A stretch of DNA of 32,000 nt from Acaryochloris marina S15. GTDB lineage: Bacteria > Cyanobacteriota > Cyanobacteriia > Thermosynechococcales > Thermosynechococcaceae. Numbering within the stretch: the first letter of the stretch is position 1; every line of letters begins with the position of its first letter. Below, one piece after another: positions 24,289 to 32,000 of this stretch. The notes beneath the pieces are model-generated. The model was not told where the DNA came from, did not search any database, and worked only from the letters and a program-made list of their open reading frames with translations. Position numbers and translations under genes: made by a program. The stretch is taken from positions 2,670,001 through 2,702,000 of the forward strand of contig NZ_CP064923.1 of NCBI RefSeq assembly GCF_018336915.1, written 5' to 3'.

Positions 24289-24642
24289 ATGTCACACTTT
24301 AGTACTCTCCGCACCAAGATCACTGAAGCTGAAATTCTTAAGTCTTCTCTGAAAGATCTCGGTATTGAAGTTAAAACGAATGCCGATGTACGGGGCTATA
24401 ACGGCCAGCGTGTTCGGGCAGACATCGTTGCTGTTTTAGACGGTGAATATGATTTGGGGTGGTCCCATAATACTGATGGCTCCTTTGATCTGATTGCTGA
24501 TCTATGGGGCGTTGCCAAAAAGCATAATCAGACAGAACTCATTAACTCCATCAATCAGAAGTACGCCGTCACTAAAACATTGTCAGAGATTAAGCGACCT
24601 GAGCTCCAGAATGCCAATGTTAAGTTGGTTCTCCATCACTAA
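24289..24642 (+). CDS. ycf35: Ycf35 / DUF1257 family protein
   Basis: MSHFSTLRTKITEAEILKSSLKDLG... matches the remembered MSHFS.I.T.I hallmark of Ycf35/DUF1257. GGAGG (24276-24280) lies 8 nt upstream of ATG 24289. The ORF-track TTG start at 24259 is less likely. Confidence 0.8.
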   Translation: MSHFSTLRTKITEAEILKSSLKDLGIEVKTNADVRGYNGQRVRADIVAVLDGEYDLGWSHNTDGSFDLIADLWGVAKKHNQTELINSINQKYAVTKTLSEIKRPELQNANVKLVLHH

Positions 24643-24670
24643 TCTCTCTGCGCGTTCCCAAAAATCCTAA

Positions 24671-24698
24671 AGGCTGGCCTCAGGGTCAGCCTTTTTTA
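24671..24698 (+). terminator. rho-independent terminator after ycf35
   Basis: AGGCTGGCC (24671-24679) pairs with GGTCAGCCT (24684-24692), including one G-U pair, around a 4-nt TCAG loop. It is followed by a T-run to 24697, 29 nt after the stop codon. Confidence 0.75.
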
Positions 24699-24799
24699 TG
24701 TCCACAATGTTTAACATTCGTAACCCCTGACAACTCTATTGATACGTCTGTTGCCATCAGACTTAATATAGTCCTAGGTCCCATGTCCGGAGCATCTTT

Positions 24800-27223
24800 A
24801 TGTCTCAGTTGATTCAAGCGGTCTTAAATAGTGACGAAAAAACGGATTTGCGGCAGTTTGCCAGTGAAGTTCATAATCAATCCGAGCGCTATTTACTCCG
24901 CAACGACATTCTGAGCGTATTTGACACCTTCTGCGAGAAATATAAGAAAACCCCTGCCTTTCAGCTCTCTTCACGCCTACAGAAGCTGATTTACTACACC
25001 CAAGAAATCCTGGTCGAGGATGAAAATCTCTATCTGATTATTCGTCCCAAAATAGCTTCTGAAGAAGCCTACCGCTTAGATTCACGAGAATTGGTCTATG
25101 AGCAAATCCAGGTTGATGAGCTACTGGACCTGCGCGATCGGTTTGTGGGGCACTACCATCCCCAAGATGGAGACATCCTCGAAATCGATTTCCGTCCCTT
25201 CTACGACTATTCTCCCGTCATCCGAGATCCCAAGAATATTGGTCGAGGCGTTCAGTATCTCAATCGATACTTATCTAGCAAGATGTTTGAGGGGCCTCAA
25301 CAATGGCTATTCTCCCTCTTCTCATTCCTCAAACTCCATTCTTACAACGGCACTCAACTCCTCATTAACCAAAGGATCCAAAACCCAGAACAGCTGTCTG
25401 AGTGCGTAAAACAAGCCATTGGCTTAGTGGGTGGGCTATCTCCAGAACAGCCCTATCCCGAATTTAGATTTGACTTTCAAGAACTAGGATTCGAGCCGGG
25501 CTGGGGGAATACCGCCGCCAGAGTTTTAGAAACCTTGGAAATGCTAGATGAGCTGATCGATTCTCCTGACGATCAGGTCTTAGAAGCCTTTATCTCTCGC
25601 ATTCCCATGATCTTTAAGATCGTGCTGGTTTCGATTCACGGCTACTTTGGACAAGAAGGAGTTTTGGGCAGGCCCGATACCGGTGGGCAAGTCGTCTATG
25701 TCCTCGATCAGGCCAAAAGCCTAGAGAAACAGCTACAAGAAGATCTACAGTTCGCAGGTCTAGATACTCTAGAAGTTCAGCCCAAACTCATTATCCTGTC
25801 TCGATTGATTCCCAATAGTGAAGGCACCCTCTGTAATCAGCGGCTCGAAAAAGTTCATGCCACCGACAATGTTTGGATTTTGCGAGTTCCCTTCCGAGAG
25901 CTGAATCCCAAATACACCCAAAACTGGATTTCCCGGTTTGAAATTTGGCCCTACTTAGAAACCTATGCGATTGATGCGGAACGGGAATTACTGGCTGAAT
26001 TCCGAGGGTTGCCGGATTTGATTGTTGGTAACTATACAGACGGCAACTTAGTCGCCTTTCTCCTATCTCGTCGGTTAGGAGTGACTCAATGCAACGTCGC
26101 CCATGCCCTAGAGAAATCGAAGTATTTGTTCAGTAATCTGTATTGGCAAGATCTAGAAGAGCAATATCACTTTTCCATGCAGTTTACCGCCGATCTCATT
26201 GCTATGAATGCGGCGAATTTCGTGGTCACCAGTACCTATCAAGAAATTGCAGGTCGCCCCGATACCATTGGTCAGTATGAAAGCTATCGCTCCTTCACCA
26301 TGCCCGATCTGTACCATGTTGTGTATGGGGCAGAATTGTTCAGTCCTAAATTTAATGTTGTCCCCCCTGGCGTCAATGAAAGTGTCTATTTCCCTTTCAC
26401 ACGTCACCAGGAGAGAACACCAGGAGATATAGATCGGCTGGAAGAGTTGCTGTTTACCCTTGAAGACCCTGAACATGTATTTGGTTATTTAGAAGACCCA
26501 GAAAAACCTCCACTGTTTTCCATGGCTCGATTGGATCGGATCAAAAATTTAACAGGCTTGGCAGAATGCTTTGGCCAGCATCCTCAACTCCAGGAGCACT
26601 ACAACCTCATTCTGGTAGCAGGAAAACTGAGAACGGGTGATTCTGTCGATCATGAAGAAATTAACGAAATCGAACGTCTGTACCGAATCATTGACCAATA
26701 CAACTTACATGGAAAAATTCGCTGGTTAGGGGTTCGCTTTCCCAAGCAAGATTCGGGTGAAGTCTATCGAGTCATTGCCGATCACAAAGGTATCTTTGTC
26801 CAACCTGCCCTATTTGAAGCTTTTGGCTTAACGGTTTTAGAAGCCATGATTTCTGGACTTCCTACCTTTGCCACACGTTTTGGGGGGCCATTAGAAATTA
26901 TCCGAGATGGTATCGATGGTTTTTATATCAACCCAACCCATACAGAAGAAATTGCCGCTAAATTGCTAGAGTTCACAAAGGAATGTGAAACCAATCCAGA
27001 CTATTGGCAACAAATTTCAGAACAAGCTATCGAGCGAGTCTATACCACCTACACTTGGAAAATCCACACCAGTCGCTTACTATCTCTTGCCAAAATATAT
27101 GGTTTTTGGAACTATACTTCTAGGGAAAATAGAGAGGATATGCTCCGATATATCGAGACTATTTTCTATCTACTGTATAAACCCATGGCGAAAAAGCTAT
27201 TGGCTAAGCATATGGACTCCTAA
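24800..27223 (+). CDS. susA: sucrose synthase
   Basis: 807 aa, the length and architecture of sucrose synthase. An N-terminal regulatory region is followed by a GT-B glycosyltransferase core with SIHGYFGQEGVLGRPDTGGQVVYVLDQAKSLE and C-terminal FVQPALFEAFGLTVLEAM motifs. Confidence 0.93.
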   Translation: MSQLIQAVLNSDEKTDLRQFASEVHNQSERYLLRNDILSVFDTFCEKYKKTPAFQLSSRLQKLIYYTQEILVEDENLYLIIRPKIASEEAYRLDSRELVYEQIQVDELLDLRDRFVGHYHPQDGDILEIDFRPFYDYSPVIRDPKNIGRGVQYLNRYLSSKMFEGPQQWLFSLFSFLKLHSYNGTQLLINQRIQNPEQLSECVKQAIGLVGGLSPEQPYPEFRFDFQELGFEPGWGNTAARVLETLEMLDELIDSPDDQVLEAFISRIPMIFKIVLVSIHGYFGQEGVLGRPDTGGQVVYVLDQAKSLEKQLQEDLQFAGLDTLEVQPKLIILSRLIPNSEGTLCNQRLEKVHATDNVWILRVPFRELNPKYTQNWISRFEIWPYLETYAIDAERELLAEFRGLPDLIVGNYTDGNLVAFLLSRRLGVTQCNVAHALEKSKYLFSNLYWQDLEEQYHFSMQFTADLIAMNAANFVVTSTYQEIAGRPDTIGQYESYRSFTMPDLYHVVYGAELFSPKFNVVPPGVNESVYFPFTRHQERTPGDIDRLEELLFTLEDPEHVFGYLEDPEKPPLFSMARLDRIKNLTGLAECFGQHPQLQEHYNLILVAGKLRTGDSVDHEEINEIERLYRIIDQYNLHGKIRWLGVRFPKQDSGEVYRVIADHKGIFVQPALFEAFGLTVLEAMISGLPTFATRFGGPLEIIRDGIDGFYINPTHTEEIAAKLLEFTKECETNPDYWQQISEQAIERVYTTYTWKIHTSRLLSLAKIYGFWNYTSRENREDMLRYIETIFYLLYKPMAKKLLAKHMDS

Positions 27224-27311
27224 ACAAAATGTAGAGCTTTGACATCACAGTTTATTTAGCTCAATATTGTGCTGTGATCATATTTCCATACATCAATATC
27301 AAGTGAATGGC

Positions 27312-27938
27312 TTAGTGAATATCGTGGACTGCCTGCCAAAATGCTTCAGAATTAACCAGGCCACTGTTCCCTAGAATAAACGTACAATTTTGATGCCCCT
27401 TCTCATGGCATTCAGTTTCGATGGCCTCATATTCATACCCTGACAAGCTGCTAAAGAATCCTGCTAGAACGCCAGCAACCAGTGGGCATACTGGCTTATT
27501 TTTTGTCGCTTTTGTGCGATGGATCTTAGTATTGGTAAACGTTACAAAAAAATAATCACTTTGTTCTTGGCTTAATTCAAGATTAACGTTACCGTACTCA
27601 GACAAATAGGCATAAACCCACCACTTCTCTAGAATTGTCTTCCAACCTAAATCGAGCAAGGAAGGATTCTTGGGGGCAAAGGCTAGATAAAATGCTCTAA
27701 ATTCCCTCTCTCCTAATTCTTTACCGATTTGATAGATGTCCTGGGCTGGAAATTTCTCGACAATCCGATTGAGCATCTTTAAAGAAGTAGAAGATATTTG
27801 CATCTTCTGGATAAAGCTCCCACTTCTTTGATCGTTCAAAGCATGAAACCGCTGCATCGCCAAAATAGAAGGAAGCTGGTTGATAGCTCCTTCACGATTC
27901 AGAGACAAAGGAGTTACATTGAGCTGGGTACTTATCAT
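27312..27938 (-). CDS. stand-alone V4R-domain protein (XylR/DmpR A-domain-like)
   Basis: 208 aa. The C-terminal CPLVAGVLAGFFSSLSGYEYEAIETECHEKGHQNCTFILG fits the V4R pattern (C...G..G......E..C...G...C.F). AT-rich. Confidence 0.65.
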   Translation of the reverse strand: MISTQLNVTPLSLNREGAINQLPSILAMQRFHALNDQRSGSFIQKMQISSTSLKMLNRIVEKFPAQDIYQIGKELGEREFRAFYLAFAPKNPSLLDLGWKTILEKWWVYAYLSEYGNVNLELSQEQSDYFFVTFTNTKIHRTKATKNKPVCPLVAGVLAGFFSSLSGYEYEAIETECHEKGHQNCTFILGNSGLVNSEAFWQAVHDIH

Positions 27939-28152
27939 GGTAGAAATGACACTACTAAGGTGTAAATCAGGCTTAGTTCTTAGTATGTCAAGGCCAGGTT
28001 TAACATCATGTCTCAGGAATTGTTTGAGTTGTCTAGCTTAATGTCTATCTTTTTATTTAGATAGATTTTTTCAAAATCATAAACAAGCTGAGTTCTAAAA
28101 AACAGATTTCTGTTAACCCAATTCTATAAAATATCAAGTGTTCCTGGATTTT

Positions 28153-30258
28153 TTAGTAGGGATTGGCAGTCATCGGTGTAGCAGACTGGGCTGCATAAGA
28201 CATTGGTGGCAGGGTTTGCTTGGGCTGAACTGAGTCAAAGGAGATTTTCATCAGGGAGTAGTCGTCTTCAAAGCTCTTGTTGCCAGCAATATGTTGAATC
28301 TGCTGAAAAAGCGGATCGAGGGAGTCAAACTGCCGACGTTGGTATTCGGAGACAACGGTCATAAATCCTTCAAAGGTCCATACTTCGCCATTGGGTTGCA
28401 TAATTTCGTAGACGCCATCACTGAATAGGTAGATGGCACTACCCGCTTGGATATCGCATTCAAATTGATCGTAGGGAAAGCCTGACATCATACCAATGGG
28501 AATACTACGAACCTCCAAAGGCTGAATCGGCGTCTGGGCAGAGGCCAAAAGCACTGCCGGATGACCACCACTGGCATACTTTAATTTTTGGGTCTTACAG
28601 TTATAGACTCCATACCAAATCGTGAAGTAGTCATCCCCTTGTTCATTCATTTGAAAGACTTCATTGAGGCCATCTAGAACAGAGCTGGGCTGATAGAAAT
28701 CTGTATCCAACAAGGATTGCGATCGCACCACGTTAAGCACAGAAACAGAGAGTAATGTGGAACGGATACCATGGCCCGCTACATCTAGTAAGTAAATGGC
28801 GAGATGATCTGAGTCTAGCCAATAGTAATCAAAGACATCTCCCCCCAATTGATTGGATGGGATGAATTGATGCTGAATCGAAACGGGCCCTGTCATGGGT
28901 GGAGGAATTAAGGATTGGACATAGCCAGCGGCCTGGTCCAGCTCAGACTGCAATTTCGCATGCTGATGTTGGACCTCTTCCTCCGCTCGTTTACGCATAA
29001 TAAACTCGCCAAGCTGAGTGCCAATAGACCCCATAATTTTTAATAGGCTAGCATCCATCGCTTGATGTTCACGCTTGCTAAACACCATCACCCCCAAACG
29101 GTTATAGCCTTCTAGGATGGGAAAGCTAAAGGCGGTTTGCATACCTGCCTGGGGAAACGAATTAGCATGAATATCATGAATGGCATTATCGGTTAACCAT
29201 AGGGGACCATCATGGGTCCAGATGCGTTGAATCAGGCCTGAGGCCAGGGCAAAATTAGCAGAGCTAGATGCCACCTGAAACGAGCCCATCTTTTCTTCTA
29301 GTTCAAACCAACTTTCCACACATTTCAAGGTGTTGTTAGTCTCATCCATCAACCACAGCTCACCATATTCCCATCCCAAACTTTTGCTAATCGCTTGCAA
29401 TAGATTGGGGACAGCCTCGCTTAAGGTTGCCACTTCGGCCAAAACTCGAGTGGTGGCTCGCTCAACGGACAAGCGTTGATCTTGATATTTACGTTCTGTT
29501 ATGTCTGCAAGGGAACCAGAAATTCCGACGATTTTGCCATCTGGCCCAGGAATAGCGCAAGCATAGACTTCCATCCAGCCAAAGCTACCCGCTTTGCGGA
29601 GAAATCGAACATCAAAACGACATTCCGATTGTTGTCTGTGAAAAAGTTGATTAATGTACTGATTGAACTGGTGCCGATCACCTGGATGGACATATTCAGC
29701 CAAACTATGGTTGATGGCCTCTTCACGTACAAAGCCCGTTAATTCTGACCACACTGGATTGAGAAATGCTAAATTCCCTTCTTGGTTGATTTGGAAAATC
29801 ACCTCTTTTAAGTGATCAACCACCGATCGATAGCGAGCTTCACTATCCCGAACAACTTGCTCAGCCCAACTTGCTTCTAATAAATGACGCAATCGGCGTC
29901 GCAGAATAGGGGGATGGATGGGTTTTGTCACATAATCCATCGCTCCCGCTGCAAACGCTTTGTCAACTGAGGCTTGGTCATCTAAACCTGCAATCATCAG
30001 AATAGGGGTGGATGCACCTAAGGGCAGCTTCTGCAATTCAGCACAGCAGGTAAATCCATCCATAACTGGCATTTTGGCATCCAACAGAACCATATCAGGC
30101 TTGCGGGCGAGATAAGCATTCAGGCACTGCTGACCATTTTCAACATCGACTACCTCACACCCGTCTTGCTCCAAAATCAGGCGAAGAATAATTCGAGTTG
30201 ATCGATCGTCATCGACAACTAAAATAAGCGGGGTACGTTTTTCCAAGGTCTGACTCAT
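28153..30258 (-). CDS. response regulator with PAS, GAF and PP2C/SpoIIE phosphatase domains (RsbU-like)
   Basis: REC domain (LILVVDDD, DMVLLDAKMPVMDG, VTKPI). PAS at approx aa 150-265, GAF at approx aa 280-430. PP2C/SpoIIE motifs (GGDVFDYYW, LLDVAGHGIRS, FSDGVYE). Confidence 0.9.
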   Translation of the reverse strand: MSQTLEKRTPLILVVDDDRSTRIILRLILEQDGCEVVDVENGQQCLNAYLARKPDMVLLDAKMPVMDGFTCCAELQKLPLGASTPILMIAGLDDQASVDKAFAAGAMDYVTKPIHPPILRRRLRHLLEASWAEQVVRDSEARYRSVVDHLKEVIFQINQEGNLAFLNPVWSELTGFVREEAINHSLAEYVHPGDRHQFNQYINQLFHRQQSECRFDVRFLRKAGSFGWMEVYACAIPGPDGKIVGISGSLADITERKYQDQRLSVERATTRVLAEVATLSEAVPNLLQAISKSLGWEYGELWLMDETNNTLKCVESWFELEEKMGSFQVASSSANFALASGLIQRIWTHDGPLWLTDNAIHDIHANSFPQAGMQTAFSFPILEGYNRLGVMVFSKREHQAMDASLLKIMGSIGTQLGEFIMRKRAEEEVQHQHAKLQSELDQAAGYVQSLIPPPMTGPVSIQHQFIPSNQLGGDVFDYYWLDSDHLAIYLLDVAGHGIRSTLLSVSVLNVVRSQSLLDTDFYQPSSVLDGLNEVFQMNEQGDDYFTIWYGVYNCKTQKLKYASGGHPAVLLASAQTPIQPLEVRSIPIGMMSGFPYDQFECDIQAGSAIYLFSDGVYEIMQPNGEVWTFEGFMTVVSEYQRRQFDSLDPLFQQIQHIAGNKSFEDDYSLMKISFDSVQPKQTLPPMSYAAQSATPMTANPY
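28719..28726. repeat. HIP1 copy (GCGATCGC)
   Basis: Exact octamer read in the sequence. Confidence 0.9.
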
Positions 30259-30704
30259 CTCACCAAAACTAGAGAATGGGGAAGAACAATTTTTCGGAGT
30301 AAATCATGGCTTTTGGTACTATTTTGCCAGATTTTCTGGAGCTAAATTAGCGACTAACTATTCAAATATTTATCTCCTAGTAAGCCCACCTGTCATTCAA
30401 AACATTACATCTCCAGCAGGATCGATAAAACTACCATAATCAGCATTTTTTTCCTCTTCAATTTGCAAGACTAAGATAGCGGACAAAGCACTAGCTAGAT
30501 TTAGTGTAAAGGCTGATACCCCTGCCTAAATTGTTCGGTCTAGGAGCGATAAGGGCATGCTAATGATGCAGCAATGGAGAAGCTTTCTCTTGCCAAAGAA
30601 AGTCTTTCTAGAAATCAACTTCCTTCTCAGTAAACATTTACATCAAATAACTATTAAAAAAAGAATATTTTTTAATACTCAACTAACATCTATCAAGCGA
30701 AAAA

Positions 30705-32000
30705 ATGCAGCCGCTGAATTCATCAAAGTTTAGCCTGATTGATGGTCTGAAACAATGTTTAGCTCCCCTTCGTTCTCCCCTGAGTCGTCAGATTGGCATT
30801 ATGGGGTTAGGAAGCTGCCTCATTGCCGAGGCTGTCATTTTAGTACCGGCCTATTTCAGGATTAGAGAAGCCAAACTAGGCCAACTGGAAGCCCAAAGTT
30901 TAACCGCAATCACCCCTTTGGCCAGTTTCGCTAACACGAAGTCCTCTCCAGACCAGCTAGTTGATACGGCTGAGACCCTCATGCAGGGGTCAAACGTCAT
31001 GGGTGGCACCCTCTACCAAAATGGGAGTAAACGGGTCACGTTTGGGACTTCCCCTACATTGCCAGATTTTTCTAATCCTGACATAACCAGGGTTTGGAAC
31101 AACTCGTCATCGACTTACGATATTACTTGGCCACAGCAAGAGAATACCGGTTATCGATTATCTTTAAGGCTGGACGGGACAGAGATTCAGGCAGCAGCCC
31201 TAACGAGCTCTCTACAGTTAGCCGGATTCATTCTGCTCATTTGGATTACGTTTACGATTATTACCCTACAGGCTGTGAGCCGTACGGTTATCAGTCCCCT
31301 CAACCAGCTGTTAGATGAGTTACGGAAAGTTGAAGTTGCCATGTCTGGCGATCCTAGCCAGGTGGAATTGAGTTCTCTGGAATGCGATCGCAACCATGAA
31401 TTAGCTGAGGTCATCGATACCTTCAATGTTGTTCTCCAACGAGCCGCTCTCAATATTGGCCAACTCAAAGACAGCATGATTTCCCTGTTGGAGACTCGGC
31501 AGCAGGAGTTAGAGGAGATGGTTTCTGAGCTCCAATCTGCTAAACATGAAGCAGAGACAGCCAATCAGGCCAAAAGTCAATTTCTGGCCAATATGAGCCA
31601 TGAAATTCGCACCCCCATGAATGCAGTCATTGGCATGACTGGTTTACTCTTAAATACGCCTTTAGAGACACAACAACAGGATTTTGTCGAAACCATCCGC
31701 AGTAGTGGGGATGCCTTACTGACCCTGATCAACGATATTTTAGATTTCTCCAAAATTGAGGCAGGGAAGCTGGATCTTGAACAGCAACCCTTTGAAATCA
31801 GGACCTGTATTGAAGAAGCCTTGCTGATCGTTGCATCGAAAGCCTCTGGTAAAAATCTGGAGCTGGCTTATCTGATTAATCCACCCACGCCAACCGCCAT
31901 TCTGGGGGATATTACTCGCCTACGTCAGGTTTTAGTCAACCTGCTCAACAATGCGATTAAGTTTACAGGCGAAGGGGAAGTCGTCGTTTATGTGTCTTCA
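30705..32000 (+). CDS. membrane sensor histidine kinase, N-terminal 432 codons; continues past the right window edge
   Basis: My own translation from ATG 30705 is stop-free to the window end, and it is absent from the ORF track because it has no stop. Two hydrophobic helices ([21 protein letters not shown] and [17 protein letters not shown]), a HAMP-like linker, a coiled coil, the H-box [18 protein letters not shown] and the N-box [13 protein letters not shown]. Confidence 0.9.
   Translation, partial: MQPLNSSKFSLIDGLKQCLAPLRSPLSRQIGIMGLGSCLIAEAVILVPAYFRIREAKLGQLEAQSLTAITPLASFANTKSSPDQLVDTAETLMQGSNVMGGTLYQNGSKRVTFGTSPTLPDFSNPDITRVWNNSSSTYDITWPQQENTGYRLSLRLDGTEIQAAALTSSLQLAGFILLIWITFTIITLQAVSRTVISPLNQLLDELRKVEVAMSGDPSQVELSSLECDRNHELAEVIDTFNVVLQRAALNIGQLKDSMISLLETRQQELEEMVSELQSAKHEAETANQAKSQFLANMSHEIRTPMNAVIGMTGLLLNTPLETQQQDFVETIRSSGDALLTLINDILDFSKIEAGKLDLEQQPFEIRTCIEEALLIVASKASGKNLELAYLINPPTPTAILGDITRLRQVLVNLLNNAIKFTGEGEVVVYVSS
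31384..31391. repeat. HIP1 copy (GCGATCGC)
   Basis: Exact octamer read in the sequence. Confidence 0.9.

Noticed and set aside
28044-28071. Terminator-like hairpin TCTATCT/AGATAGA followed by TTTTTT on the + strand, between the V4R and RR genes
   Set aside because: Both flanking genes are on the minus strand, where the T-run would precede rather than follow the stem. The stem is almost entirely A-T (2 G-C pairs). It is probably an AT-rich coincidence.
1-32000. Scan for CRISPR arrays, tRNA/rRNA/tmRNA genes, IS elements or transposases, retron or DGR reverse transcriptases, and toxin-antitoxin pairs
   Set aside because: By eye I found no regularly spaced direct repeats, no T-loop-like GGTTCGAATCC-type motifs in a cloverleaf context, and no transposase, RT or typical TA ORFs. 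A covariance-model scan (tRNAscan-SE or Infernal) would be needed to exclude small RNAs formally.

Overview
The window reads as a cyanobacterial chromosomal segment. The octamer GCGATCGC (HIP1) occurs 14 times, against about 0.5 expected by chance. I support about 27 protein-coding genes and found no rRNA, tRNA, CRISPR array or transposase.

Most genes are ordinary housekeeping or signalling genes:
- tmk and holB
- an ABC ATPase plus permease pair
- gamma-glutamyltranspeptidase
- surE
- a PAS-GGDEF cyclase
- sucrose synthase
- a Ycf46-type AAA+ ATPase with a Ycf35/DUF1257 gene
- a REC-PAS-GAF-PP2C regulator
- a sensor kinase truncated at the right edge

Four items stand out:
1. 12453-14579 encodes a 708-aa protein whose core carries the catalytic motif series of protelomerases (telomere resolvases). 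It sits among housekeeping genes, with no phage or linear-plasmid context and no tel-like palindrome nearby.
2. 14656-18355 is a clearly AT-rich two-gene block next to it. A sigma-70/ECF-like protein is divergently paired with an 875-aa NACHT (STAND) NTPase whose N- and C-terminal regions match nothing I recognise. This is my best candidate for an undescribed conflict or regulatory module.
3. 987-2087 encodes an ArsA/Get3-like protein in which the Walker A lysine and the switch I and II residues are all substituted.
4. 22172-24698 holds an RHH-like gene, a Ycf46-like AAA+ gene and a Ycf35 gene, with a candidate operator palindrome and a highly structured internal spacer.

All family calls come from motif recognition by eye. 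No searches were run.
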